Of a DNA stretch of 56,994 nt, positions 30,319 through 42,800 are shown piece by piece. The notes under the pieces are model-generated. The model had not been told where the DNA came from. It ran no database searches and saw only the letters and a list, made by a program, of their open reading frames with translations. Made by a program: the position numbers and the translations under genes. This DNA is from an uncultured Clostridia bacterium (lineage in GTDB: Bacteria; Bacillota; Clostridia; TANB77; CAG-465). The stretch's first letter is position 1. Each line of letters opens with the position of its first letter. The DNA is taken from assembly GCA_944386635.1 (NCBI GenBank), contig CALXBV010000083.1, positions 1 to 56,994 of the forward strand. The letters run 5' to 3'.

Positions 30319-32904
30319 ATGCTAGAGCTAAAAAATATAAGAAAGAGTTATAAAACTTCTGAATTTACACAAGTAGCATTGGATAATATAAATTTAGAGT
30401 TTAGAAAAAGTGAATTTGTATCAATACTTGGTCCGAGTGGAAGTGGAAAAACTACTTTACTTAATATAATAGGAGGACTAGATAGATACGATAGTGGTGA
30501 TTTAATTATAAACGGTAAATCAACAAAAGATTTTAAAGATAAAGATTGGGATGAATATAGAAATAACTCAGTTGGATTTATTTTTCAAAGTTATAATTTA
30601 ATAGGTCATATTAATGTGTTAAGTAATGTTGAAATGAGTATGACTTTGAGTGGCGTTGGAAGTAAGGAGAAAAGAAGAAGAGCACTTGAAGTTTTAGATA
30701 AAGTTGGTCTAAAGGATCATGCGTATAAAAAGCCAAATGAACTTTCGGGTGGACAAATGCAAAGAGTAGCAATTGCAAGGGCATTAGTAAATAATCCAGA
30801 TATTATTCTTGCAGATGAACCTACGGGAGCACTTGATAGTAATACTTCTATTCAGATAATGGAGCTTATTAAAGAAATCTCAAAGGATAAGTTAGTTATT
30901 ATGGTTACACATAATCCAGAGCTTGCACAAAAATATTCATCAAGAATTATAAAGCTTTTAGATAGTAAAATAATAGATGATACACAGCCATATAATCCTA
31001 CAAAAAAAGAAAAGGAAGAAGCAAAAAAAGATTCAAAAAAAGTAAGGAAGACTTCTATGAGTTTTTTAACAGCTTTATCTTTGAGTATTAATAATTTAAA
31101 AACTAAAAAAGGAAGAACAATACTTACTGCATTTGCTGGAAGCATTGGAATAATAGGAATAGCTGCTATAATGTCTTTGTCAAATGGAGTTCAAAAATAC
31201 ATAGATAAAGTTCAAGAAGACACTTTATCATCATATCCGCTAACCATACAGGAAAATACTATAGATGCTTCAGCAATGATTGAACTTATGATGGGGCAAA
31301 ATAATGTTGATACTTCTTCACAAGAAGAAAATAGAATATATTCAAATGATATAATGAATGAGGTTATGAGTACAATGTCATCAAAAATTGAAAAAAATAA
31401 TTTAAAAAGATTTAAAGAATATCTAGATGGCAATAGAGAAAAAATAAATGATAGTGTAACAGCTATTGAATATAATTATGATTTAAATTTAAATATTTAT
31501 AGTCAAAGAGGTGGAAAGACTATAAAGGCAAATCCAAGTACTGTATTTGAAAAAATAGGTATGAATTTTGGTGGCTCAAATTCTATGATGTCTCAATTTA
31601 CATCAACAGATGTGTTTTTAAAACAATTAGATAATGAAGAACTTGTACATTCACAATATAATTTGCTTGCTGGAAATTGGCCACAAAATTATAACGAAGT
31701 TGTACTTCTTGTGGATAAAAATAATCAGGTGAGTGATTATACCTTATATAGTTTAGGACTAAAAGATCAAGATGAACTAGAAGCAAAATATAACAAAATA
31801 TTATCTGGAGAAGAAATAGAAAGTGATGAACAATCATCATATACATATGATGATATATTAAATTTAGAGTTTAAGATCTTACCTCAAACAGAATATTATG
31901 AAAAAGAAGGAAATGTTTGGGTAGATAAATCTAATGATGAGGATTATATAAATCAAAAACTAGAAAGTGCTGATACTTTAAAAGTGGTTGGAATAATTCA
32001 AATAGATGATGAATCTGTTGCTAATACAACAGCAGGGGTTATAATGTATACAAAAGAATTAGAGGAGCATGTAATAGATCAAATTTCTGATTCGGAAATA
32101 GTAAAAGAACAACTTTCAAATGATAAGATAAATGTATTTACAGGCTTAGAGTTTAATGAAGAGAGTACATCAAAAGAGTTTGATATTAATTCTTTATCAG
32201 ATGAACAAAAAGCGTATTTAATGAGTTTATCCCAAGAAGAATTAGCCAATGTAATTGCAGCATACTCAGAAAATGCTAATGCAACATATGAGACAACATT
32301 AGATAAGATAGGCTATGTAAATATTGATGAGCCTTCAACAATAAATATATATCCAAAAGATTTTGAGTCAAAAGAAAATATTGAAAACTTTATATCAGAA
32401 TATAACACAATGGTGGAAAATGAAGGAAATGAAGCAGATACAATAAATTATACAGATACAGTTGGACTTATAATGTCATCTGTAACATCTATAGTAAATA
32501 TAATAAGTTATGTACTTATAGCTTTTGTATCAATATCTCTTGTAGTTTCATCAATTATGATAGGAATAATTACATATATTTCTGTACTTGAAAGAACAAA
32601 AGAAATAGGAATATTAAGAAGTATAGGTGCATCTAAAAAAGATATATCAAGAGTATTTAATGCAGAAACATTAATTATAGGATTTATTGCTGGAGTTTTA
32701 GGTATTGCATGTACATATCTACTTACTTTCCCAGCAAATGCAATTTTGAAAAATATTGTTAATGTATCAGGACTCGTTCAAGTTCCATGGATACCTGCTT
32801 TAGTATTAGTATGTATAAGTATGATACTTACTGTAATATCAGGACTTATACCATCAAAAATGGCAAGTAAAAAAGATCCTGTAATTGCTTTAAGAACTGA
32901 ATAA
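30319..32904 (+). CDS. MacB-like ABC transporter, fused ATPase and FtsX-type permease
   Basis: [31 protein letters not shown]; [17 protein letters not shown]. Confidence 0.93.
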   Translation: MLELKNIRKSYKTSEFTQVALDNINLEFRKSEFVSILGPSGSGKTTLLNIIGGLDRYDSGDLIINGKSTKDFKDKDWDEYRNNSVGFIFQSYNLIGHINVLSNVEMSMTLSGVGSKEKRRRALEVLDKVGLKDHAYKKPNELSGGQMQRVAIARALVNNPDIILADEPTGALDSNTSIQIMELIKEISKDKLVIMVTHNPELAQKYSSRIIKLLDSKIIDDTQPYNPTKKEKEEAKKDSKKVRKTSMSFLTALSLSINNLKTKKGRTILTAFAGSIGIIGIAAIMSLSNGVQKYIDKVQEDTLSSYPLTIQENTIDASAMIELMMGQNNVDTSSQEENRIYSNDIMNEVMSTMSSKIEKNNLKRFKEYLDGNREKINDSVTAIEYNYDLNLNIYSQRGGKTIKANPSTVFEKIGMNFGGSNSMMSQFTSTDVFLKQLDNEELVHSQYNLLAGNWPQNYNEVVLLVDKNNQVSDYTLYSLGLKDQDELEAKYNKILSGEEIESDEQSSYTYDDILNLEFKILPQTEYYEKEGNVWVDKSNDEDYINQKLESADTLKVVGIIQIDDESVANTTAGVIMYTKELEEHVIDQISDSEIVKEQLSNDKINVFTGLEFNEESTSKEFDINSLSDEQKAYLMSLSQEELANVIAAYSENANATYETTLDKIGYVNIDEPSTINIYPKDFESKENIENFISEYNTMVENEGNEADTINYTDTVGLIMSSVTSIVNIISYVLIAFVSISLVVSSIMIGIITYISVLERTKEIGILRSIGASKKDISRVFNAETLIIGFIAGVLGIACTYLLTFPANAILKNIVNVSGLVQVPWIPALVLVCISMILTVISGLIPSKMASKKDPVIALRTE

Positions 32905-32946
32905 AAAATTAATTTAGAATTAAATTTATATAAATGTAAATAATAT

Positions 32947-32980
32947 AAAAAGAAACAGTATTAAAAAACTGTTTCTTTTT
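32947..32980 (+). terminator. Terminator after the ABC transporter
   Basis: aaaaagaaacagt...actgtttcttttt. Confidence 0.8.
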
Positions 32981-33076
32981 GTTAAAAAAATATTACATTT
33001 TAGTTAAAAATAATAATTATTCAAAAAAATATTGTAATATATTAGTGTATAAATAAAAAAGGAAAGGAAAGTTAAT

Positions 33077-34825
33077 ATGAAAAAAGGTAAAATTAGTTTT
33101 TTTGTAATTTTTATGTTAGTAGTAGTTACAATAACTAATAGTGTTTTTGCTGTTACACAATCAGTAATTGATACTACGAGAAAAGGTTCACTTGAAATTA
33201 CAGCTTTAAATCAAGAAAATCAAAATATTAATGACAGTACGCCTATAGCTAATGTAACATATACATTATATATGGTAGATGAAGCTGTAAATAATGTAGA
33301 TGATGCAGAAGAATATATAGTAGATAATAATGAAACTATAGATGAACAAACTACAGGTGAAAATGGAAAAGTAAAATTCGAAAATTTAAATTTAGGAAGA
33401 TATTATGCAAAAGTTACTGCATATCCTACAGGAACTAGTGAAATTCCAGAATCATTTTTAGTAGATGTACCTATGGTAAATGAGGCTGGAGATGGTTGGA
33501 TTTATGATATAACTGTAAGCCCTAAAATTCAAACAGCTCTTGGAAATGTTGAACTAACTAAAACAGATCTTGCTGCTACTCCTATGGCAGATATTCAATT
33601 TAAAGTACAAGTAAGTACACAAGATGGTGTATGGCAAGATTATGTTCCAGAAGGACAAAGTGAAACTTTAGTTCTTACAACAAATGAAGAAGGAAAGATT
33701 TCATTAGAAAATTTACCATATTCGTTTAATCAAGAAAGAGCAAAGTTTAGATTAGTTGAAATGAATGCACCAGAAGGATATATTATAGACAATAAGTATC
33801 CAGATACTATTGAAGTACAACCAGATGGTACAGTTGTAATCACAAATGCAAGAACAGTAGAAGCATCTACCGCAGCTCAACTTGGAGAGATAACTGTAGT
33901 AAATGAAAAGCCAGGTATTGTAAAAACCGTTAAAAATCAAGATGGAACATTTGATGATGTAGCAAGTGCAAATGTTACTGATACAGTTACATTTAATGTA
34001 ACTGTAGATGTTCCAACATATGTTGAAGATTTAACAACATTTACTTTAACAGATGAAATGCCAGCTGGATTTGTATATGATGACAGCTCAATAGAGGTTA
34101 AAGGACTACTTGCAGAAGGTGGCTCTGAAGAGACTTTAGCTGCTGATGCATATACTAAAACAGGTGAATTTACATTAGCTTTTGATACTCAAAAAATAAC
34201 TAAATATACAACTATAGTAGTTACATATGATGTAACATTAGACAAAGATAATGTTGTAATAGGATCTGAAGGAAATGTAAATACAGCTACACTTGAATAC
34301 ACAACAAATGTAGATACTGATGGTACAGAACAAGATACTACTACAACAGAAGATACATCTAAATTAGTTACAGGTGGTATTCAAATAAGAAAAGTAGATA
34401 CTCAAGGCACAGTTTTAGCTGGAGCTAAATTTAAAATAGCAACAACAGAAGAGAATGCTAAAAATGGAGTATTTGTACAAGATGAAGATGGAAATGATGT
34501 TGAAGCTATATCTGGTCAAGATGGTATGGCTACAATAGAAGGCCTAGCATATAATGATGATGAAACAGCAAGAGATTACTGGTTAGTTGAGGTTGAAGCT
34601 CCTAGTTATGTAGAAAATGAAGAAACAAAATATTATACACTATTAGGTGAACCTTTAAAAGTTGCAGTTGATGGAGATTCTCATACAGTTGCAATTGAAG
34701 TTGTAAATAGAAAGCCATTCTCATTACCACTAACTGGTGGATTTGGAACAGTAATATTTACAGTTGTAGGCATAGCAATTATTGTTATTGCAAAACGTAT
34801 TAAAAAAGATGAAGTAAAAGAATAA
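33077..34825 (+). CDS. Sortase-anchored backbone (major) pilin 1
   Basis: Signal peptide, pilin motif WIYDITVSPK, E-boxes LVEMNAPEGY and YWLVEVEAPSY, LPLTG + TM + basic tail. Confidence 0.9.
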   Translation: MKKGKISFFVIFMLVVVTITNSVFAVTQSVIDTTRKGSLEITALNQENQNINDSTPIANVTYTLYMVDEAVNNVDDAEEYIVDNNETIDEQTTGENGKVKFENLNLGRYYAKVTAYPTGTSEIPESFLVDVPMVNEAGDGWIYDITVSPKIQTALGNVELTKTDLAATPMADIQFKVQVSTQDGVWQDYVPEGQSETLVLTTNEEGKISLENLPYSFNQERAKFRLVEMNAPEGYIIDNKYPDTIEVQPDGTVVITNARTVEASTAAQLGEITVVNEKPGIVKTVKNQDGTFDDVASANVTDTVTFNVTVDVPTYVEDLTTFTLTDEMPAGFVYDDSSIEVKGLLAEGGSEETLAADAYTKTGEFTLAFDTQKITKYTTIVVTYDVTLDKDNVVIGSEGNVNTATLEYTTNVDTDGTEQDTTTTEDTSKLVTGGIQIRKVDTQGTVLAGAKFKIATTEENAKNGVFVQDEDGNDVEAISGQDGMATIEGLAYNDDETARDYWLVEVEAPSYVENEETKYYTLLGEPLKVAVDGDSHTVAIEVVNRKPFSLPLTGGFGTVIFTVVGIAIIVIAKRIKKDEVKE

Positions 34826-34840
34826 TAACTAATATTATAC

Positions 34841-34877
34841 AAAGAATAACTAGTATGGACTGGTTATTCTTTTTTTT
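34841..34877 (+). terminator. Terminator/attenuator between pilin 1 and the sortases
   Basis: aaagaataactag-tatgga-ctggttattcttt followed by a T tract. Confidence 0.7.
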
Positions 34878-34905
34878 ATGTTGTATAATAACAATAGGTG
34901 TTATT

Positions 34906-35805
34906 ATGAACAAGAAAATTTTAAAAATTATTTTATATATTGCTGGTATAATTTGTATAGCATATCCTATATGCTCAAAATATATTTCATATAGAAATCA
35001 GACAAATACAATATATGATTATAATGAGCAGATATCAAATAGAAATCAAGATGAAATACAAGATACTTATGATAAGGCCGAAGAGTTTAATAATAATATA
35101 GCTACAGATTCTAGAGTAATAGATGTAACTCAAGCAGATAATGAGAGTACAAGTGTATATAAATATAATTTCTTAGAGGTTGGGCAGATGATAGGATATA
35201 TATCAATACCCAAAATAAATATTGAAATTCCAATATATGAAGGAGTTGATAATAATAATTTACTAAGAGGAGTAGCGCATTTAGAAAATACGTCTTTACC
35301 TAATGGACAGTTAAGCACACATAGTGTTCTTGCAGGTCATACTGGTATTTCACAGGCTGAAATTTTTGATAACATTGATCAACTAGATTTAGATGATGTA
35401 TTTTATGTTACTTTTCTAGATAATACATATGAGTATAAAGTAATAGATAAAAATATAGTTGTTCCTGATGATACAAGTAATTTAAAAATAGAAGATGGAA
35501 GATGTTTAGTAACTCTTGTAACATGTACACCAAAAACAGTAAATTCACATAGATTACTTATTACTGGTGAAAAAGTTCAAAATTATAATAATGATGATAA
35601 TACAGAGCAAAATATACAACAAGATACTGAGATTAATACAACTACAAGTATGAGTGAGCTAAATATACTTATCAACTTTATAAAAAATAATATATATATA
35701 CCAATTATAATAATAATATTACTATTATTATTAATATTTGTTATAATAAGAAATAGAAAAAAGAAAAAATATAGAGGGGGATACAATGAAAAAGATTGGC
35801 ATTAG
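34906..35805 (+). CDS. Class C (pilin-polymerising) sortase 1
   Basis: N- and C-terminal TM; GVAHLENTSLP, LAGHTG, TLVTCTP, HRLL; ATG 34906 after AGGTG. Confidence 0.92.
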   Translation: MNKKILKIILYIAGIICIAYPICSKYISYRNQTNTIYDYNEQISNRNQDEIQDTYDKAEEFNNNIATDSRVIDVTQADNESTSVYKYNFLEVGQMIGYISIPKINIEIPIYEGVDNNNLLRGVAHLENTSLPNGQLSTHSVLAGHTGISQAEIFDNIDQLDLDDVFYVTFLDNTYEYKVIDKNIVVPDDTSNLKIEDGRCLVTLVTCTPKTVNSHRLLITGEKVQNYNNDDNTEQNIQQDTEINTTTSMSELNILINFIKNNIYIPIIIIILLLLLIFVIIRNRKKKKYRGGYNEKDWH

Positions 35806-36682
35806 AGTATTATTTATTATTGGACTTTTAATTTTTCTATTTCCATTTGTAATGAGAACTATATCATATTTTAATCAAACTACAGCAATTTATAATTATA
35901 AGAGCTCAACTGAAAACTTAACAGAAGAAGAATTGAATGAAAAAAAGGAGCAATCTAAAGATTATAATGAGGAATTGGCAGATGAAAATCCTATAGTGGA
36001 AATGGGAGAGGATGATTTTAATATTGATGAAACTAAAAGTAGTTATGATTTCTTAAATAGTGATGATGCAATAGGAACATTAATAATTCCTAGTATAAAT
36101 GTAAATTTACCAATCTTTGATGGTGTAAGTAATATAAATCTGCAAAAGGGAATAGCGCATCTAGATAATACATCTTATCCTACTGGAGAACCTAGTACAC
36201 ACTGTGTACTAGCAGGACATAGTGGACTTTCAAGGGCAAAAATATTAGATGATTTAGATAAATTACAAATTGGAGATACATTTCAAATAGATTATTTAAA
36301 TTCAGTACATAATTATGTTGTTATAAATATACAAGTAGTTTTACCAGATCAAACTGATAGTTTAAGAATACAACAAGGAGATACTTTAGTAACACTTGTT
36401 ACATGTACACCTAAAAATATAAATACTCATAGGTTACTTGTAACAGGAAGATTAACTGATGAACTACCTCAAGAAGATAGTATTAGTACATTAGATTATA
36501 TAATTCAATTTTTAAGATTAAATTATATATATGTTATTTTGTTTATAATATTTATAATATGCTTAATTATATTTATTATAGAAAGAAAAAAAGAAAAGAA
36601 GATAGATAAGGAAAAAGATGAAAAAGAAAATAATGAAAATAATAATAACAAAAATGAAGTTAAAGATAATAATAAAATATAA
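35786..36682 (+). CDS. Class C sortase 2
   Basis: GIAHLDNTSYP, LAGHSG, TLVTCTP, HRLL; overlaps sortase 1 by 20 nt. Confidence 0.92.
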   Translation: MKKIGIRVLFIIGLLIFLFPFVMRTISYFNQTTAIYNYKSSTENLTEEELNEKKEQSKDYNEELADENPIVEMGEDDFNIDETKSSYDFLNSDDAIGTLIIPSINVNLPIFDGVSNINLQKGIAHLDNTSYPTGEPSTHCVLAGHSGLSRAKILDDLDKLQIGDTFQIDYLNSVHNYVVINIQVVLPDQTDSLRIQQGDTLVTLVTCTPKNINTHRLLVTGRLTDELPQEDSISTLDYIIQFLRLNYIYVILFIIFIICLIIFIIERKKEKKIDKEKDEKENNENNNNKNEVKDNNKI

Positions 36683-36702
36683 TAAATATTAAAAATAAAG
36701 AT

Positions 36703-36731
36703 AAAACTATCTAATATAGATAGTTTTTTTT
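36703..36731 (+). terminator. Terminator after the sortases
   Basis: aaaactatct...agatagtttt followed by a T tract. Confidence 0.7.
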
Positions 36732-36817
36732 ACAAAAATATTACAAATATTGTAGAAATATAGTATAAATTGTAAAATTAATATGAAAGACTGTAATTAA
36801 AAATAGAGGAGAGATAT

Positions 36818-39800
36818 ATGAAGATAGACTTAAGTGTATTAAAATCAAATAAGAAGAATATAGCTTTAGTATTGATGATATTAATATTTGCAGTATTTAT
36901 TATTAATAGAAATGATATAATATATAATTTTAATAACTTAGATAATGAAAATGCAATGCAGACAAATTATGATACTATTACTGATTTTACAAAAGCTAGA
37001 TGGACAGAAATACAAAGTAATGTCTTTGGAGAAGGTGTAGCAAGCTCTGTAACGGATACTAAGTTGTCTACAGCTAGTGTAATAGATGGAAATGAATACT
37101 TTAATTGGACTGATACTAGTACTTTTAATATTATTCCTTGGAATGGGACTGCTAATAGATTAGATGGAGTAGCTATTACAGATGCAGATTTTTATAACGA
37201 AGATGGAGTTTTACCAACAGAAGAATATCATTATTCAACAGAAGTTGATGGTGGATATATTGATACTAAAGATGTTACATATTATGTGTATAATGTTGAT
37301 ACAGCGGAGAAGCTTTTTTATGTGATTAGTCAGAAATGCAGGAATAATACTAATAATATAAAAATAAATCTTACTAACGACATTGATATGGGTGGTAAGG
37401 ATGGAAGAGTATTATCAAAATATAACTTATCTAATAGTTCATATATAGTGTATATAGAAGGAAATGGACATACAATATACAATTTAAATACTACTAGCGG
37501 ATTATTTAATACTGTTTCTAGTGGCTTAGTAACTAAAAATCTAAATTTTAAATCTACAAAAATAGTTGGAACTGGTGCTTGTGGAATAATGGGAACAATA
37601 AGTAGTACAAATAGAGGATTATTGCTGGAAAATGTAAACATAGATGAAGCATTTATACAGACATCATCAGGTAATACCGCAGTGCTAACAGGTACCGTAT
37701 ATGCAAGTAATGCATATATAAAGGATTGTAGTGTGAAAAATGCATATACAAGGGGCGCCGGACATATAGGAGGATTTGTTTCAATTTCATGTTCAGGACT
37801 CGATAGTGCTGTAAAATATGATGCTACTATTCCAGATCAGCCAGAGGCAACTTTTGGAAATACTGCCACTACAGCTGGATCAAATGCTAGATATCCTATT
37901 ATAATTGAAAATTCATATTCTATAGATTCAGAAATTTTTTCTACATCAGGACATTCAGGCGGATTTATGTCATGTGATGGTGGAGGAATAATTGTTAGAA
38001 ATTGTTTTACTAATAATTCTATGTATGGAGAATCACAAACAGGAGGATTTATAGGTTCACAAATAAGTTGTAAAGAAAATGAAGGAAGTTCACATGGAAA
38101 TCAAACAGATGATGCTGGAGTCTCAAATATATCTGCATATTTTGAAAATTGCTATTCATCAGGTGTAGTAGAAGGAAAAAGAGAAATTGGTGGATTTGTA
38201 GGAAATGATGCACAAATTAATAGAGGCGAAACTGGAGGAGCTGCAATATATAAAAATTGTTATTCAACAACAATGACAGGTATGGATTATTCAGGAACAT
38301 ATGTAGGAGGATTTGTTGGAATAGCAAATAATATAACTCCAGATATAACTATAGATGGATATGGTACTTTTACAGGCTCATTGTATATAAACTGTTATGC
38401 AGCGGGTGAAGTTGGAAATATAGATACACAGACAGACATAGATATAGCTAAGAACAATAAAATAGGTGGATTTATGGGAGGATATAACTCAAATACACTA
38501 TCTATTTCAAATATATATAATTGTTTTTATGATAAACAAACAACAGCAATGAGAGAAGTAGCTGTTGGTATGCAAGGAAATGGTACAGATACATGTCAAC
38601 TTAATGGAGTTACAGGCGTATATACTGAAGAATCTCAAGTAAAAGGAGTACAAGGACTTACAAATATAGATATGCAAGATGGAAGTGCATGGGTGTATAA
38701 AGAAGGATATTATCCTCAACTTAGAGTATTTGCGGATAATGCGATAGATAATTTTTCAAATAGTGAACTTGTACAAAGCTATTCAACAGCATCTACTGCT
38801 ACAGTGTTTTTAGATCATTGGGATAATTTAATGACAGAAGATGGTCAAATACAGAGTGGAAAAGATGCAAAAGAAATATATGATACAATAAGAGATATAA
38901 CATCAACATTTGAATTTACAAGTAATGCGAATTCAAATTCATCTGGATATGATATAACATGGCAAGTAGATAGTGAGACAAATGCAACCAAAGGATATGT
39001 AGAAGAATTAAAGATAATAGAAGAAGATGGAACAGAAAAAACAGTACCAGTATTATCAATACAAAATCCAGTAAAAAATAGAGAAGAAGGTTCAAATTTT
39101 GGACTAGAAGCTCAAGATATATATAAGTGTTATGATTTTGCACCTGGAAAGTCATGGGTTAAAGTTACTGTAGAAAATACAATAGGAAATAACGTATTAG
39201 GAACAAGAAAATTAAGATTACTACCAACAGCATATATAGATGCTGGGGAATATGCAGAAATAACACTTGTAACAGATAATTCAGATGAAGGAAGAGTAAT
39301 AGAAAATAATATTGAAATAAATGGCGAAATGATAAAAGATGATACATATAAACATGCACAAGATACAATGTATGTAATAACAGATTCAGAAAATTTAGGA
39401 GACAATAAAATAATATATCCAGGACAAATAGTAACAAAAGATGAGAATGTAATAAATCTATTTGCATTATGGAATAGATATCCAGAAGATGAGAATACAA
39501 GTGGCGTAACAGACAAAAGATTTGACGAGATGTATGATCAGGCATTAATAGGAAATTCAAAAGATACAGGGCTTGCAAAAGTAGAGATATATAGTTTAGG
39601 AATAACATATAGAGAAATAGAAGATGGAGTAGAAGTACCAGTAATAAATTATGATGAGAAGGAAAGAATAACAGCAGATGCATTAAATGATGCAAAATGG
39701 AGAGGAGAAGAGTTATTTGATGTAGATGATGCAGGATGGTATGAGTTAAAGTATTACTGGAGATTAAATGATGGAAGATATTTAACAGATAGTAAAATAG

Positions 39801-42800
39801 TAGTAATAAAAGGAAATGAAGTATCAGCAACATTAAATAATAACATAATAAAAGGTCAACAAGATTATGAGAATGGAGTATTACAAATAACACCAGATAT
39901 AAAGCAAGATACAGAAAATATAGCGGATTTAAATACAAGTTACATAAAGGTGGAAGAAGATAAAAGAGGAGTAAAAACAACAATAAATAGCAATGGAACT
40001 GTGCAAAAAGTAATAAAAATAAGAGAATTTGTGGATGATCAACTAGTAGCAGGATGGAGAAATGATGAAAGATATGAAATAAAAGAATTAAAAGTAGAAG
40101 TAAGTAGAGACGGTGCGGCATGGGTAACATTACCATTAGACTTAAATAACACAGATGAGGCAGAGTATACATATTTAGATCAAAACTGGCAAGTAAAGCA
40201 ATATACAGATACAAAAGAATATTATATAGATCCTACAGGATATCCAATAGAAATAACATTAATAGCAAATCATATAAGAAATGAAGATAATGACTATATA
40301 ATATTTAACTTTTTAATAGATAATAGAGAGAGTTCAGATTTAGTAACAAATAGTAATATAAGAGTAACAGCGACATTTGTACCTATAGAAGAGATAACAG
40401 TACAAAAAGAATGGATAGATGATAATAATGTATTAGGAATACGACCAACAGAAGTAAAATTAAACTTAATAGGTAGTGATGGAAATGTATATAAAAATAA
40501 TGTAAGTCAGTCAAGTGAATGGAAAGCAACGATAAAAGTACCACAATATGATATAAATGAAAATGAAATAATTTATACAGTAGATGAAGAAAGTGTACCA
40601 GAACAATATGAAAAAATAATAGATAACGAAAATAAAAAAGTAACAAATAGATTAATAAAATATAATATAACAACACAAATTGATGGCGTTGGTGGAACAA
40701 TAAGTGGTCAAGATGAAACACTATATGAAGAAGTTGTATATGGTGGAACAAACCAAAAACCTATAGTAATAACACCACAATATGGATATGAGATAACAAG
40801 TATAAAGATAAATGGAGTAGAACAAGAATTGCCAGAATACTCAAAAAGAGATGAACCATATACATTAGAGAGCTTTGTAAATATTTTAGAAGATAAAAAT
40901 ATAGTTGTAACATTTAGAGAAAATAAAGAGAATATACAAGTAACAAAAATATGGAATGATAATAGTAATGAAAATCAAAGAAGACCAGAAAAGTTAAAAG
41001 TGGTGCTAAAGAATAATAATGTAGTAGAATATGAAAAAGAAGTAGATGTATCAAGTGAAGATAGTCAAATAATACTATTTGAAGATGTAGAAAAATATGA
41101 TAAGCAAGGAAATGAGATATTATATATAGTAGATGAAGAAGAAGTAAACGCAGGCGATTTGGACTTTTATACAAAGCAAATAAATGGATATGAAATAACA
41201 AATACATTTACAGTTCCGGAAGATAAAACAAGTGTAACTGTAACCAAAAATTGGGTAGATAGCAATAATTTGGCAAATAAGAGACCAACGAGTATAATAG
41301 TAGAATTAAGAAATGAAAAAAATGAGGTTGTTGGATCGCAAACTTTAAGTGGGTCAAATGGATGGACTTATACTTTTGATAATTTACAAAAATATAATAA
41401 TAGTGGTAATGAGATAAAATATACAATAGATGAAAGAGAAGTAAATCAAGGAGATTTGTATTTTTATTCAAAGAGTATAAATAATGATACATATACAATA
41501 ATAAATACATTTACAGTACCAGATGAGAAGATAAGTATAACTGCAAATAAAGTTTGGCAAGATAACAATAATGCTGCAAGAAAAAGACCAACAAGTGTAT
41601 TGTTACAAATAAAAAATGGAGACGAAGTAGTACAAAGTAAAACGGTAACAAGCTCAACTAATTGGAGCTGTGAATTTACAGATTTATCTAAATATGATAG
41701 TTTAGGAAATGAAATAAAATATACAATAGATGAGCAGGAAGTAAATACAGATGATTTAAAATTCTATGAAAAGCAAATAGATAATAATACATATACAATA
41801 ACTAATATATTTAGAGTACCAGATGAAATAACAAGCATAACAATAACAAAAATATGGGAGGATAATAATAACTTAGCTCAAAAGAGACCAGAAAGCATAG
41901 AAATAGGAGTAAAAAATGGAAATGAGGTAGTAAAAACACAAGAAGTAACAGGAAATTCAAATGTATGGATTACTCAAATAGATGGATTACCAAAGTATGA
42001 TGAAAAGGGAGATACAGTAAGGTATACAATAGATGAAAAACAAGTAGATTTTTATGAAAAGCAAGTTAATGGTTATACAATAACAAATACATTTAATGTA
42101 CCAGAAGATAAAGTAAATATGCAAGTAACAAAAATATGGGAAGACAGTAGTAAAGAGAATGGAGTAAGGCCAGAAAGAATAACATTAATAATAAAAGAAG
42201 GAGAAAATGAAATAAAAAGAGAAGAAGTAGAAGTAACAGATGTAGATGAACAAGTATATTTAATAGAAGGATTAGATAAGTATGATGAATTAGGAAATCA
42301 TATAGAATATACAGTAGATGAAGAAGTAGTAGAAGGATATGAAAAAGCAATAGAAGGAAATACAATAACAAATAGTATAAAGAAATATAAAATAACAACA
42401 GAAGTAGTAGGAGAAGGAGGAACAATAAGTGGTCAAAACGATTCGCCATATGAAGAAGTAACATATGGAGGAGAAAGTAAAAAGGAGATAGTAATAACAC
42501 CAGAAGAAGGATATAAAATATCAAAGATAAGAATAAATGGAGAAGAAATAGAGTTTATACCGAGTGGAGAAGAATTTGTATTAGAAAATTTCGTAAATGT
42601 AAGAGAAGATAAAAATATAGAGGTAGAATTTGAAAGAGAAGAAACAAGTGTACTAGTAAAACATTTAGATGAAGAAGGAAATGATCTAGTAAAGCCAGAA
42701 ACAATACCAGGAAAAGTAGGAGATGAATACACAACACAAGCAAAGGACTTTGAAGAATATGAAGTAAAAGAAGTAATAGGGGAAGAGACAGGAGAAATGA

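Noticed and set aside
34855-34905. Upstream ATG of sortase 1 given by the track
   Set aside because: It lies within the terminator hairpin; ATG 34906 has the RBS.
32980-36770. Shared AAAAATATTACA/AAATATTGTA motif upstream of pilin 1 and the adhesin
   Set aside because: It consists almost entirely of A and T in a very AT-rich genome and cannot be distinguished from chance by eye.
40388-42640. Regularly spaced repeats as a possible CRISPR array or DGR template/variable pair
   Set aside because: The repeats are degenerate, in-frame protein domains of about 300 nt; there are no cas genes or reverse transcriptase in the window.
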